A DNA stretch of 61,232 bases. Origin: Acutalibacteraceae bacterium (GTDB taxonomy: Bacteria; Bacillota; Clostridia; Oscillospirales; Acutalibacteraceae). The stretch's first letter is position 1. Every line of letters begins with the position of its first letter. This document shows, piece after piece, positions 47,376 to 58,618 of the stretch. A program made the translations under genes and the position numbers. Location of the stretch: the NCBI GenBank assembly GCA_045531145.1, contig JAZSDM010000007.1, forward strand, positions 1 through 61,232, in the 5' to 3' direction. Under the pieces are notes generated by a model. That model saw nothing but the letters and a program-made list of their open reading frames with translations. It did no database searches and was not told the origin of the DNA.

Positions 47376-48800
47376 ATGGGTGGTTTTTTTGGAGTAGTCA
47401 GTAAAAATGACGCTATTTCTGATGTCTTTTTCGGTACTGACTATCACTCACATTTAGGTACGCGTAGAGGCGGTATGGCTGCTTTCGATAAAGAAATCGG
47501 TCTGCAAAGGGATATTCACAATATCCAGAATTCACCTTTCCGTACTAAATTTGAGAAAATATTTGACGAAATGTACGGTAACAGCGCGATCGGTTGTATA
47601 AGTGATTATGATCCTCAGCCGCTTCTTATCCGTTCTAAAATTGGGTCTTATGCCATTTGTTTTATCGGTGCTATAAATAATTCCGAAAAGCTTATTGAAG
47701 AATGTCTTTCGGCAAATGGCAATCATTTTGATGCTATGACTGGCGGCAAGGTTAATTCCATAGAACTTGTTGCAGCCCTAATTAACCAAAAAGATAACTT
47801 TGTGGACGGTATTAAATATGCGCAAAGTGTAATTGATGGCAGTGCTTCAATTTTAATTCTTACAAACAGCGGTTCCTTGATTGCCGCGCGTGACCGTTTT
47901 GGAAGATTGCCGATACAAATCGGAAAGAACGAAAGCGGTTTTTGTGTTGCTTTTGAATCATTTTCATATCAAAAATTAGGTTATGAAGATTATAAGGAAT
48001 TAGGCCCTGGTGAGATTGTTGAAATCACTGCAGATAAATACACTCAGCTTGCAAAACCCGGTAATACTACAAAGATTTGTTCTTTCCTTTGGAGTTATTA
48101 CGGCTATCCAACTTCAACCTATGAAGGTGTTAATGTTGAAATAATGCGTTACCGTAACGGTAAAATTATGGCAGAGCATGACAGAAAAACCGACGTTGCA
48201 AATGATGTTGACTATGTAGGCGGTGTTCCCGATTCAGGTACACCGCATGCAATAGGATATGCTAACGAAAGCCATATTCCCTTTGCGCGTGCATTTATAA
48301 AATACACTCCTACTTGGTCAAGAAGTTTTACACCTCAAAAACAAAATGAACGCAGACATGTTGCAAAAATGAAGCAAATCCCTGTTCATGATCTTATTGT
48401 AGGTAAAAATCTTCTATTTGTTGATGACTCTATTGTTCGCGGAACGCAACTTAAAGAAACTGTGGATTTTCTTTATAATAACGGTGCTAAATCTGTTCAT
48501 ATGCGTTCAGCCTGCCCACCTATTATGTACAGTTGTAAATATTTGAATTTTTCACGCAATACAAGTGACTATGACCTGATTGCACGCAGAATAATTTTAG
48601 AACTCGAGGGTGAAGAAGGCTTTAAGCACATTGCTGAATACAGTGATTCTTCAACCGAAAGAGGTAAAAATTTAAGGAAAACTATTGCCGAAAAATTCAA
48701 TTTTGCTTCACTTGAATTCCAGTCTTTAAAAGGTATTATTGAAGCAATCGGTTTGCCTGAAGAAAATTTATGCACTTATTGCTGGAACGGAAAGGAATAA
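47376..48800 (+). CDS. purF: amidophosphoribosyltransferase-like protein lacking the N-terminal nucleophile Cys
   Basis: PRTase motif LLFVDDSIVRGTQL and Ntn-amidotransferase-like N-domain. But the protein begins MGGFFGV, not MCGI/V. Confidence 0.8.
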   Translation: MGGFFGVVSKNDAISDVFFGTDYHSHLGTRRGGMAAFDKEIGLQRDIHNIQNSPFRTKFEKIFDEMYGNSAIGCISDYDPQPLLIRSKIGSYAICFIGAINNSEKLIEECLSANGNHFDAMTGGKVNSIELVAALINQKDNFVDGIKYAQSVIDGSASILILTNSGSLIAARDRFGRLPIQIGKNESGFCVAFESFSYQKLGYEDYKELGPGEIVEITADKYTQLAKPGNTTKICSFLWSYYGYPTSTYEGVNVEIMRYRNGKIMAEHDRKTDVANDVDYVGGVPDSGTPHAIGYANESHIPFARAFIKYTPTWSRSFTPQKQNERRHVAKMKQIPVHDLIVGKNLLFVDDSIVRGTQLKETVDFLYNNGAKSVHMRSACPPIMYSCKYLNFSRNTSDYDLIARRIILELEGEEGFKHIAEYSDSSTERGKNLRKTIAEKFNFASLEFQSLKGIIEAIGLPEENLCTYCWNGKE

Positions 48801-48804
48801 TAAA

Positions 48805-49845
48805 ATGAACAATTCACAATCAAAATCCTATGCTGATGCAGGCGTTGATATTACCGCAGGCTACAAAGCAGTTGAACTTATGAAAAAACATATCGCCAGA
48901 ACTAAGAATGACGGTTGTCTTGACGATGTTGGCGGCTTTGGCGGTTGCTTCGGTCTTTCGATTAAAGGTATGGAAGAACCTGTTTTAGTAAGCGGTACCG
49001 ACGGTTGCGGTACTAAGGTTAAACTTGCAATACTTATGGACAAGCACAATACAATCGGTATTGACGCGGTTGCAATGTGTGTTAATGATATTATTTGTGT
49101 TGGCGCAAAACCGCTTTTCTTCCTTGATTATATTGCTTGCGGTAAAAATATTCCCGAAAAAATTGCCGAAATAGTAAGCGGTGTTGCAGAAGGCTGTGTA
49201 CAGTCTGGTGCAGCGCTTATCGGCGGTGAAACCGCAGAACACCCAGGTATGATGCCTATAGACGATTACGATCTTGCAGGTTTTGCAGTAGGTGTTGTTG
49301 ATAAAAAGAAAATTCTTGATAATACAACAATGCAAGAAGATGATGTTGTTATAGCTCTTCCCTCTTCAGGTGTTCATTCAAACGGTTTTTCACTTGTTCG
49401 TAAGGTTTTCGACGTTGAAAACTGTGACCTTAATAAAACTTACCAAGAACTTGGTGGTAAATCAATTGGTGAAACATTACTTACACCAACAAGAATTTAT
49501 GTAAAACCTGTTCTTGCGCTTTTGGATAACGTTAAAGTTCGCGCTATTTCTCATATTACAGGCGGCGGATTTTATGAAAATATTCCGAGAAGTATTCCTG
49601 ACGGTTTTGGTGCCGAAATTGTTAAATCAAGCATCCGTGTACTGCCTATTTTTGATTTGCTCCAAAAAACAGGCAATATTCCTGAAAGGGATATGTATAA
49701 TACATATAATATGGGCGTTGGTATGAGCATTGTTGTTGCTAAAGAAGATGCCGACAAGGCATTAGAAATCTTAAAAGCTAACGGTGAAGATGCTTATATC
49801 ATCGGTAAAATCGTTAAATCTGATACTAAAATTACAATTATTTAA
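48805..49845 (+). CDS. purM: AIR synthase (phosphoribosylformylglycinamidine cyclo-ligase)
   Basis: YADAGVDI start region and GTDGCGTKV motif. ATG at 48805, just after the purF stop. Confidence 0.94.
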   Translation: MNNSQSKSYADAGVDITAGYKAVELMKKHIARTKNDGCLDDVGGFGGCFGLSIKGMEEPVLVSGTDGCGTKVKLAILMDKHNTIGIDAVAMCVNDIICVGAKPLFFLDYIACGKNIPEKIAEIVSGVAEGCVQSGAALIGGETAEHPGMMPIDDYDLAGFAVGVVDKKKILDNTTMQEDDVVIALPSSGVHSNGFSLVRKVFDVENCDLNKTYQELGGKSIGETLLTPTRIYVKPVLALLDNVKVRAISHITGGGFYENIPRSIPDGFGAEIVKSSIRVLPIFDLLQKTGNIPERDMYNTYNMGVGMSIVVAKEDADKALEILKANGEDAYIIGKIVKSDTKITII

Positions 49846-49853
49846 GGTGTAAT

Positions 49854-50450
49854 ATGAAAAAAACTAACATAGCCGTTTTAGTTTCGGGCGGCGGAACTAA
49901 TTTACAAGCACTTATTGATGCACAGAAAAGCGGAATTATAAATTCGGGTGAAATCAAACTTGTCATTTCAAACAATCCTGATGCTTTTGCTTTGCAAAGA
50001 GCTGAAAATGCGGGTATTTCTACCTGTGTTTGCAATAAAAAAGAATTAGGTGCTGGTTTTGAAGACAAATTAATTGAGGTTTTGGACCAAAATAATATTG
50101 ACATTATAGTTCTTGCAGGTTTTATGTGTATTCTAAGTGAAAGGTTTACTACATATTTTTCAAACCGAATTATTAATGTACATCCGTCACTTATTCCCTC
50201 TTTTTGCGGCAAAGGTTTTTACGGACTCCACGTTCACGAAGCCGCTTTAGAATACGGTGTTAAGGTTACAGGCGCAACGGTGCATTTTGTAAACGAAATA
50301 CCCGACGGCGGTAAAATCATTATGCAAAAAGCAGTTTATATAAACGATGATGACACCCCCGAAACATTACAAAAACGTGTTATGCAAGAAGCAGAATGGA
50401 AAATTCTTCCCTTAGCAGTTGAAAAAGTTTGTAGAGAGTTTAATAAATAA
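49854..50450 (+). CDS. purN: phosphoribosylglycinamide formyltransferase
   Basis: VLVSGGGTNLQA and NVHPSLIP motifs. Confidence 0.94.
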   Translation: MKKTNIAVLVSGGGTNLQALIDAQKSGIINSGEIKLVISNNPDAFALQRAENAGISTCVCNKKELGAGFEDKLIEVLDQNNIDIIVLAGFMCILSERFTTYFSNRIINVHPSLIPSFCGKGFYGLHVHEAALEYGVKVTGATVHFVNEIPDGGKIIMQKAVYINDDDTPETLQKRVMQEAEWKILPLAVEKVCREFNK

Positions 50451-50463
50451 AGGAGAGCTTTAA

Positions 50464-51180
50464 ATGGAAATTAAGACTATTGAAAACGAACTTAATTCTT
50501 TAGCCTACCACGGCAGAGGTATTATAATCGGTAAAAGCGCTGACGGTAAGAAAGCAATTACCGCATATTTTATTATGGGTAGAAGTGAAAACAGTCGCAA
50601 CCGTATTTTTGTGGAAGACGGCGAAGGAATCAGAACACAGGCTTTTGACGAGTCTAAAATGACCGACCCTCATCTTATTATATATGCCCCTGTAAGAGTT
50701 CTCGGTAATAAAACTATTGTTACAAACGGTGACCAGACTGACACTATCTATCAACTTATGGATAGACAGATGACCTTTGAGCAAGCTCTACGTACCCGCG
50801 AGTTTGAGGATGATGCACCAAATTACACACCGCGTATTTCAGGTATTATCCGCCTTGAAGATAATGATATGAACTTTGCTATGTCTATTTTAAAGTCTGC
50901 TGACGGTGACGGTTCTTCTTGCCAAAGATATACTTATGCTTACTCAAACCCACTTCCTGGCAAAGCTAAGTTTATTCATACATATAAGTGTGACGGTAAT
51001 CCCCTTCCAAGTTTCGAAGGTGAACCTAAAACACTCGAATTACCCGATACAGATATCGACACATTAACTGATATTATATGGACAAACCTTAATGCCGATA
51101 ATAAAGTTTCGCTTTTTGTAAGATATATTGATTTATCCGACGGCAAATATGAAACAAGAATTGTTAATAAGAACAAGTAA
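50464..51180 (+). CDS. purO: IMP cyclohydrolase, PurO-like (archaeal-type)
   Basis: 238 aa; YHGRGIIIGKS...AYFIMGRSENSRNR resembles the PurO family. Precedes an AICARFT-only purH. Confidence 0.75.
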   Translation: MEIKTIENELNSLAYHGRGIIIGKSADGKKAITAYFIMGRSENSRNRIFVEDGEGIRTQAFDESKMTDPHLIIYAPVRVLGNKTIVTNGDQTDTIYQLMDRQMTFEQALRTREFEDDAPNYTPRISGIIRLEDNDMNFAMSILKSADGDGSSCQRYTYAYSNPLPGKAKFIHTYKCDGNPLPSFEGEPKTLELPDTDIDTLTDIIWTNLNADNKVSLFVRYIDLSDGKYETRIVNKNK

Positions 51181-51191
51181 GGAGTAACACA

Positions 51192-52376
51192 ATGAAAGAA
51201 TTTGAACTTAAATACGGTTGTAACCCCAACCAAAAGCCCTCAAAAATATATATGGCTGACGGTAGCGAATTACCTATTGAAATTCTTTGCGGAAGACCTG
51301 GTTATATTAACTTTTTAGATGCTTTTAACTCATGGCAGTTGGTTAAAGAATTAAAAGAAGCGTTGGGACTTCCCGCAGTTACTTCTTTTAAACACGTAAG
51401 CCCTACAAGCGCTGCTGTTGGTACAATTTTGCCCGAAAAACTTAAAAAAGCTTGTTTTGTGGACGATATTGAAGGTCTTGACGACTCTTTGCTTGCTTGC
51501 GCTTATGCCAGAGCACGCGGTACTGACCGTATGTGTTCTTTTGGTGACTGGGTTGCCCTTTCGGACAAGTGTGATGTTACTACTGCACTATTAATCAAGC
51601 GTGAGGTGTCTGACGGTGTTATTGCACCTGATTATGACCCCGAAGCTTTGGAAATTTTAAAATCAAAGAGAAACGGTAACTATAATATAGTTAAAATTGA
51701 CCCGAATTTTGTACCTGCACCGCAGGAAACAAAACAGGTTTACGGTATTACTTTTGAACAAGGCAGAAATAATTTTAAAATTGATGAAGAATTACTCTCT
51801 AACCTTGTTACCGAGAATAAAAATTTACCTGACGACGCTAAAAGAGATTTAATAATTTCTCTTATCACATTAAAATATACACAGTCTAACTCAGTTTGCT
51901 TTGCTGTTGACGGACAAGCTATCGGCGTTGGAGCCGGTCAGCAGTCACGTATACACTGTACCCGTCTTGCAGGCAGTAAGGCAGATACTTGGTTCTTAAG
52001 ACAACACGATAAGGTGTTAAATCTACCTTTCCTCGATAATATTGCCCGTCCAACACGTGATAACGTAATTGACGGTTATATTAATAGAAACGAAGAAGAT
52101 GTCTGCGCTGACGGAAATTGGCAAAAGTACTTCAAAACTCAGCCCTCTCCCCTTACAGATGCCGAAATTAAAGAATATCTTTCTACAATTTCTGGTGTGG
52201 CATTAGGCTCAGATGCTTTCTTCCCGTTTGACGATAATATTGAACGCGCCTACAGAAGCGGTGTTTCTTATATTGCAGAACCCGGTGGCTCCATCCGTGA
52301 TGATGCAGTAATTGATTGTTGTAATAAATACGGCATCGCTATGGCGTTCACAGGTATGAGATTATTCCACCATTAA
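51192..52376 (+). CDS. purH: AICAR formyltransferase (PurH lacking the MGS-like IMP cyclohydrolase domain)
   Basis: 394 aa; homologous to the C-terminal AICARFT domain ([18 protein letters not shown]). Confidence 0.85.
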   Translation: MKEFELKYGCNPNQKPSKIYMADGSELPIEILCGRPGYINFLDAFNSWQLVKELKEALGLPAVTSFKHVSPTSAAVGTILPEKLKKACFVDDIEGLDDSLLACAYARARGTDRMCSFGDWVALSDKCDVTTALLIKREVSDGVIAPDYDPEALEILKSKRNGNYNIVKIDPNFVPAPQETKQVYGITFEQGRNNFKIDEELLSNLVTENKNLPDDAKRDLIISLITLKYTQSNSVCFAVDGQAIGVGAGQQSRIHCTRLAGSKADTWFLRQHDKVLNLPFLDNIARPTRDNVIDGYINRNEEDVCADGNWQKYFKTQPSPLTDAEIKEYLSTISGVALGSDAFFPFDDNIERAYRSGVSYIAEPGGSIRDDAVIDCCNKYGIAMAFTGMRLFHH

Positions 52377-52398
52377 TATAAAATTTAGGAGAAAGCAA

Positions 52399-53637
52399 AT
52401 GAATTTCTTTGAACAGTTAAAAGATTTTGACACTGAAGTTGCTTCAGCTTGCGAAAGCGAACTTAAAAGACAACGCGGTAATATTGAATTAATCGCTTCC
52501 GAAAATATCGTTTCCCCTGCGGTGCTTATAGCGGCAGGCGGTGTACTTACCAACAAATATGCCGAAGGCTACCCCACAAAGCGTTATTATGGCGGTTGTC
52601 AATGTGTTGATGTTGTAGAAGATATAGCAAGAGAACGCGCTAAAAAGTTGTTCGGCTGTAATTTTGCGAATGTTCAACCACATAGCGGTGCTAATGCAAA
52701 CCTTGCAGTATTTTTTGCCTTGCTAAACCCTGGTGACACCGTAATGGGTATGAATTTACAGCAAGGCGGTCATTTATCCCACGGCTCACCGGTTAATATT
52801 TCGGGTAAATATTTTAATATTGTTCCCTACGGTGTTAGCGACGAAACCGAAATGATTGACTACGACGAAATGGAAAAAATCGCAATCGAATGTCAACCAA
52901 AATTAATTGTTGTAGGCGCATCTGCTTATTCAAGAGTTATTGATTTTAAGCGTTCCCGTGAGATTGCTGATAAAGTTGGCGCTTATTTGATGGTTGATAT
53001 GGCACACATTGCAGGTCTTATTGCTGCGGGTGTACATCCGTCACCTGTGCCTTTCGCTCACGTTGTTACTACTACAACTCATAAAACTTTACGTGGTCCA
53101 CGCGGTGGTATGATACTGTCTAACGACGAAGAAATTGCCAAAAAGATTGATAAAGCGGTTTTCCCCGGAACTCAAGGCGGTCCTTTAATGCATATTATTG
53201 CCGCTAAAGCAGTTGCCCTTGGCGAAGCGCTTACCGATGAATATAAAGAATATCAAAAACAGGTTGTTAAAAATGCTGCCGCTTTATCAAAAGCACTTAT
53301 TGAAGAAGGCTTTGAAATTGTATCAGGCGGTACAGACAATCACTTAATGCTTTTAAAACTTGTTAAAGAAGGTATTACAGGTAAAGAACTTGAACACAGA
53401 CTTGACGAAGTTCACATTACCGCTAACAAAAATACTGTCCCAAACGATCCGCAAAGTCCTTTTATTACAAGCGGTCTTCGTTTAGGTACTCCCGCAGTTA
53501 CAACACGCGGCTTCAAAGAAGAAGAAATGAAGAAAATTGCCCACTTCATTCGTTTGGTTGTTGACGATTTTGAAGGCAACAAAGATAGAATTACTAATGA
53601 AGTGACCGAACTTTGCGAAAAATTCCCCATATATTAA
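52399..53637 (+). CDS. glyA: serine hydroxymethyltransferase
   Basis: PLP site [14 protein letters not shown]; 412 aa. Confidence 0.97.
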   Translation: MNFFEQLKDFDTEVASACESELKRQRGNIELIASENIVSPAVLIAAGGVLTNKYAEGYPTKRYYGGCQCVDVVEDIARERAKKLFGCNFANVQPHSGANANLAVFFALLNPGDTVMGMNLQQGGHLSHGSPVNISGKYFNIVPYGVSDETEMIDYDEMEKIAIECQPKLIVVGASAYSRVIDFKRSREIADKVGAYLMVDMAHIAGLIAAGVHPSPVPFAHVVTTTTHKTLRGPRGGMILSNDEEIAKKIDKAVFPGTQGGPLMHIIAAKAVALGEALTDEYKEYQKQVVKNAAALSKALIEEGFEIVSGGTDNHLMLLKLVKEGITGKELEHRLDEVHITANKNTVPNDPQSPFITSGLRLGTPAVTTRGFKEEEMKKIAHFIRLVVDDFEGNKDRITNEVTELCEKFPIY

Positions 53638-53648
53638 GGAGAAGTTAA

Positions 53649-54914
53649 ATGAAAATTATGGTTGTCGGCGGTGGCGGTCGTGAACATGCCATCATCAAAA
53701 AACTTAAAGAAAATAAAAACATAACCGAAATTTTCGCTTTGCCCGGTAACGGCGGTATGGCTAATGATGCCACACTTGTTGATATTGGCGCTAAAGATAT
53801 TGAAAAACAGGTTGAATTTGCAAAAAATAACAATATTGATTATGCCGTTGTAGCACCTGACGATCCGCTTGTTTTAGGCGCTGTTGATGCCTTAACAAAC
53901 GCTGGTATACCTTGCTTTGGACCAAATAAGGCAGCCGCGATAATTGAAGGCAGTAAGGTTTTTTCAAAAAATCTTATGAAAAAATACAATATTCCAACTG
54001 CCGAATATGAAGTTTTCAGCGATTTGGAAGCCGCACTCAAGTATTTAGATACTGCTCCAATTCCAACAGTTATTAAGGCGGACGGTTTGGCACTTGGTAA
54101 AGGTGTTATAATTGCCGAAACACGTGAAGATGCTAAATCGGCAGTTCGCTCTATGATGGAAGATAAAATCTTCGGCGAAAGCGGTAATAATGTTGTTGTT
54201 GAAGAATTTTTAACGGGTCCCGAAGTTTCTGTTTTATCTTTTACTGACGGTAAAACTGTTGTTCCTATGGTTTCTTCAATGGACCATAAACGCGCTTTGG
54301 ACGGTGATAAAGGTCTTAACACCGGCGGTATGGGTACAATCGCACCTAACCCCTATTATACCGAAGATATTGCTAAAGAATGTATGGAAAAAATCTTTAT
54401 TCCTACAATAAATGCAATGAATAGTGAAAACAGAACCTTTAAAGGTTGCCTTTACTTTGGTCTTATGCTCACTCCAAAAGGACCTAAGGTGATTGAATAC
54501 AACTGCCGTTTCGGTGACCCCGAAACTCAGGTTGTACTCCCCTTACTTGAAAGTGACCTTTTAACTGTAATGCAGGCTACCACAAACGGAACACTTGAAA
54601 AAACACCCGTTAAATTTAAAGACGGTGCCGCCGCTTGTGTTGTTATGGCTTCAAGCGGTTATCCTCAAAAATACGAAAGTGGTTTCCAGCTTACAATTGA
54701 AGAAAGCGTTGCAGATAAGGTTTATGTTGCAGGCGCAAAACTTGAAGATGGAATTTTAAAAACTGCCGGCGGTCGTGTACTTGGTGTTACCGACACTGCC
54801 GATAATTTGAAAGATGCTTTAAATAAAGCTTATCAAAACGTTCAAAAAGTTCATTTTGATAATGCTTTCTACCGCAAAGATATTGGCGCAAAAGCAATGG
54901 AGGTACTAAAATAA
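53649..54914 (+). CDS. purD: phosphoribosylamine--glycine ligase
   Basis: MKIMVVGGGGREHA start and ATP-grasp domain. Confidence 0.96.
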   Translation: MKIMVVGGGGREHAIIKKLKENKNITEIFALPGNGGMANDATLVDIGAKDIEKQVEFAKNNNIDYAVVAPDDPLVLGAVDALTNAGIPCFGPNKAAAIIEGSKVFSKNLMKKYNIPTAEYEVFSDLEAALKYLDTAPIPTVIKADGLALGKGVIIAETREDAKSAVRSMMEDKIFGESGNNVVVEEFLTGPEVSVLSFTDGKTVVPMVSSMDHKRALDGDKGLNTGGMGTIAPNPYYTEDIAKECMEKIFIPTINAMNSENRTFKGCLYFGLMLTPKGPKVIEYNCRFGDPETQVVLPLLESDLLTVMQATTNGTLEKTPVKFKDGAAACVVMASSGYPQKYESGFQLTIEESVADKVYVAGAKLEDGILKTAGGRVLGVTDTADNLKDALNKAYQNVQKVHFDNAFYRKDIGAKAMEVLK

Positions 54915-57900
54915 ATGGTTTACCGTATTTACGTTGAAAAGAAAAAAGAATTAGCAAACGAAGCAAAAGGTGTTTTAAATAATATTAACGGTTTACTTCA
55001 AATCAGTTCTGTTACCGATGTTCGTGTAATAAACCGTTATGATGTAGAAAATATCGAAAAGGATTTGTTTGATTATGCGGTGAATACCGTATTTTCCGAA
55101 CCGCAACTTGATATTGCAACAACCGAAATTGACACAAAAGATGCTACTGTTTTTGCTACAGAATTCCTCCCCGGTCAGTACGACCAACGCGCAGATTCTG
55201 CGGCGCAGTGTATTCAGATTATTTCCCAAAAAGACCGTCCCACAGTTAGAACCGCTAAGGTTTATTGCCTTTACGGTAAAGTAACCGAGGACGAGCTTAA
55301 TGCTATTAAAAAATATGTAATAAACCCAGTTGAATCAAGAGAAGCATCACTCGAACTTCCTAAAACCTTAAAGACAAATTACGATATTCCCACCACTGTT
55401 GAAACGCTTGAAGGCTTTATTGAACTTGACAGAAACGGTCTTGAAGATTTCGTTAAAAATTACGGTCTTGCCATGGATGCTGACGATATTGCATTCTGTC
55501 AGAATTACTTTAAATCTGAAAACCGTAACCCAACTATCACAGAAATTAGAATGATAGATACATATTGGTCTGACCATTGCCGTCATACAACATTCTTAAC
55601 AAACATTGATAATGTTGTTTTTGAAGATGAACTTTTACAGAATACATACAATGAATACTTGCAAGTTCGTAAAAATTTAGGCAGAACAAAGCCGATTTGC
55701 CTTATGGACTTAGCAACAATTGCCGTTAAACAACTTAAAAAAGACGGTAAACTTGAAAAGCTAGATGAATCCGAAGAAATCAATGCTTGTACCGTTAAGA
55801 TTGATGTTGAAATTGAAGGCAAAACAGAAAAATGGTTGCTTCTTTTCAAAAATGAAACCCACAACCACCCAACCGAAATTGAACCGTTCGGCGGCGCGGC
55901 AACCTGTATAGGCGGTGCTATCCGTGACCCGCTTTCAGGACGTAGTTATGTTTACGGTGCAATGCGTGTAACCGGTGCTGCTAACCCACTTAAGAGTGTT
56001 AGCGAAACAATGCAGGGCAAACTTCCCCAACGCAAAATTGTTACTACCGCGGCAGACGGTTATTCTTCCTACGGTAACCAAATCGGTCTTGCTACCGGTA
56101 TTGTTGATGAAATCTACCACGAAGGATACGCTGCAAAGCGTATGGAAATTGGCGCGGTTATAGCGGCTGCACCACAAGAAAATGTTCGCCGCGAAGTTCC
56201 CGAAGATGGCGACGTTGTTGTTCTTTTGGGTGGAAGCACAGGTCGTGACGGTTGCGGCGGTGCTACAGGTTCTTCAAAATCGCATACTTTAGAATCTTTA
56301 GAGTCTTGTGGAGCAGAAGTACAAAAAGGTAACGCACCTGAAGAGCGTAAACTTCAAAGACTTTTCCGTAACCCCGTTGCTACTAAAATGATTAAACGTT
56401 GTAATGACTTTGGCGCAGGCGGTGTTTCGGTTGCTATTGGTGAACTTGCTGACGGTCTCGTTATCGACCTTAACGCAGTTCCTAAGAAATATGACGGTCT
56501 TGACGGTACAGAACTTGCTATCAGTGAATCACAAGAAAGAATGGCAGTTGTAATCGAAAAAGAAAATGTTCAAAAATTCTTGGATTTAGCCGCAAGTGAA
56601 AACCTACAGGCAGTTGTTGTTGCCGAAATTAAGGCAGAACCTCGCCTTATTATGAATTGGAACGGAAAAACAATAGTAAATATCAGCCGCGAATTCTTAA
56701 ATTCAAACGGCGCTGAAAAGCATATTGATGTTGCTCCCGCAAAACCCGTTGTAAACGGAAAAGAAATTAGTGGTACATTTACCGAAAACTATAAAAAGTT
56801 AGCTGATGACCTTAATATCTGCTCTAAACGAGGTCTTTCAGAACAGTTTGACTCAACAATCGGCGCGGGTACCGTTCTTATGCCGTTTGGCGGTAAAAAT
56901 CAATTAACACCTATTCAAGCAATGGTACAAAAAATCAGTGTTGAAAAGAAACACACTAACGATTGCTCGTTAATGTCTTGGGGTTACAACCCGTTCATCA
57001 CTTCGGATAGCCCCTATCACGGCGCATACTTGGCTGTTGTTGAATCGGTTTGTAAGCTTATTGCAACAGGTGCTGATTTTAAAGATGTTTACTTGACTTT
57101 CCAAGAATACTTTGAACGCTTAGGTAAAGACGCTAAACGTTGGGGTAAACCTTTAGCCGCACTTTTAGGTGCATTTAAAGCGCAAATGGAATTCAGCATC
57201 GGTTCTATCGGCGGTAAGGACTCTATGAGTGGTTCTTTCGAGGATTTAGACGTTCCCCCTACCCTTGTTTCATTTGCTGTTACAACCGACAAGGTTGATA
57301 ATATCGTATCGCCCGAATTTAAGGCTGTAGGAAATAAAGTAATTTTACTTTCACCTGAATATGATGAAAAGACAAATTTACCTAAAACCGAATCCTTACT
57401 TAAGTTGTTTGATACTGTAACCGAGCTTATGCGCTCCAAAAAATGCGTTTCTTGTTATACACCCACTATTGGCGGTATTGCAGAAGCGGTTATGAAGATG
57501 TGCTTTGGTAACGGTCTTGGATTTAAGTTCTCTGACACTATGACCGTTAACGATATTTTCGGTTATAATTACGGCTCATTTATCCTTGAAGTTACAGAAG
57601 ATGTTGATGTTAAAAACACAATCGGTGTTGTAACTAATGACGGTAAGATTACTTTAGGTAACGAAGAATTAAACCTTAATGAGCTTCTTAATATTTATGA
57701 AGATAAATTAGAAAGCGTATTCAAATGCAACATTAAAGATTCTAAGTCACCTATGGAAAACTTTAGTTTCGAAGCAACCAATCGAGTTGCTCCCGCTATT
57801 AAGGTTGCAAAACCGAAGGTATTAATTCCCGTATTCCCCGGTACTAACTGTGAATTTGATTCTGCTAAAGTAATGCGTGATGCAGGTGCAGAACCCGAAA

Positions 57901-58607
57901 TATTTGTTATTAACAACCAGTCAAGTGACGGTATTGCAAGAAGTGTTGATACCTTTGCCGAAAAACTCAAAGACAGTCAGATGATATTTATCCCAGGCGG
58001 TTTCTCAGGCGGTGACGAACCTGACGGTAGCGGTAAATTTATTACTGCATTCTTCCGTAACGCCGCTATTAAGGAACAGGTTACTGAACTTCTTGAAAAG
58101 CGTGACGGTCTTATGTGCGGTATTTGTAACGGTTTCCAAGCTCTTATCAAGTTAGGTCTTGTTCCCTACGGTAAAATTATTGATACCGATGAAAACTGCC
58201 CAACCCTTACGTTCAATACAATCGCTCGCCATCAGTCGAGAATTGTAAGAACAAGAATCGCATCAAATAAGTCACCTTGGCTTAGCGGTACAAACGTTGG
58301 CGATATCTATAATGTGCCGATTTCGCACGGTGAAGGTCGTTTCTTGGCTTCTGAAGAACTTATTAAGAAATTAGCCGAAAACGGACAAATTGCTACACAG
58401 TATGTTGATTTGGACGGTAATGCCACTTCGGATGTACACTTTAATCCTAACGATTCTATGTACGCTATTGAAGGTATCACTTCACCTGACGGCCGTGTAT
58501 TCGGTAAAATGGGTCACTCTGAAAGAAAAGGCTACGGTCTTTACAAGAATGTACCTGGCGACTATGACATTAAAATGTTTGAATCTGCAGTAAAATACTT
58601 TAAGTAA
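54915..58607 (+). CDS. purL: phosphoribosylformylglycinamidine synthase, single-chain large form
   Basis: 1230 aa; duplicated AIR-synthase-related core; C-terminal glutaminase ([17 protein letters not shown]). Confidence 0.95.
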   Translation: MVYRIYVEKKKELANEAKGVLNNINGLLQISSVTDVRVINRYDVENIEKDLFDYAVNTVFSEPQLDIATTEIDTKDATVFATEFLPGQYDQRADSAAQCIQIISQKDRPTVRTAKVYCLYGKVTEDELNAIKKYVINPVESREASLELPKTLKTNYDIPTTVETLEGFIELDRNGLEDFVKNYGLAMDADDIAFCQNYFKSENRNPTITEIRMIDTYWSDHCRHTTFLTNIDNVVFEDELLQNTYNEYLQVRKNLGRTKPICLMDLATIAVKQLKKDGKLEKLDESEEINACTVKIDVEIEGKTEKWLLLFKNETHNHPTEIEPFGGAATCIGGAIRDPLSGRSYVYGAMRVTGAANPLKSVSETMQGKLPQRKIVTTAADGYSSYGNQIGLATGIVDEIYHEGYAAKRMEIGAVIAAAPQENVRREVPEDGDVVVLLGGSTGRDGCGGATGSSKSHTLESLESCGAEVQKGNAPEERKLQRLFRNPVATKMIKRCNDFGAGGVSVAIGELADGLVIDLNAVPKKYDGLDGTELAISESQERMAVVIEKENVQKFLDLAASENLQAVVVAEIKAEPRLIMNWNGKTIVNISREFLNSNGAEKHIDVAPAKPVVNGKEISGTFTENYKKLADDLNICSKRGLSEQFDSTIGAGTVLMPFGGKNQLTPIQAMVQKISVEKKHTNDCSLMSWGYNPFITSDSPYHGAYLAVVESVCKLIATGADFKDVYLTFQEYFERLGKDAKRWGKPLAALLGAFKAQMEFSIGSIGGKDSMSGSFEDLDVPPTLVSFAVTTDKVDNIVSPEFKAVGNKVILLSPEYDEKTNLPKTESLLKLFDTVTELMRSKKCVSCYTPTIGGIAEAVMKMCFGNGLGFKFSDTMTVNDIFGYNYGSFILEVTEDVDVKNTIGVVTNDGKITLGNEELNLNELLNIYEDKLESVFKCNIKDSKSPMENFSFEATNRVAPAIKVAKPKVLIPVFPGTNCEFDSAKVMRDAGAEPEIFVINNQSSDGIARSVDTFAEKLKDSQMIFIPGGFSGGDEPDGSGKFITAFFRNAAIKEQVTELLEKRDGLMCGICNGFQALIKLGLVPYGKIIDTDENCPTLTFNTIARHQSRIVRTRIASNKSPWLSGTNVGDIYNVPISHGEGRFLASEELIKKLAENGQIATQYVDLDGNATSDVHFNPNDSMYAIEGITSPDGRVFGKMGHSERKGYGLYKNVPGDYDIKMFESAVKYFK

Positions 58608-58618
58608 GGAATGATATT

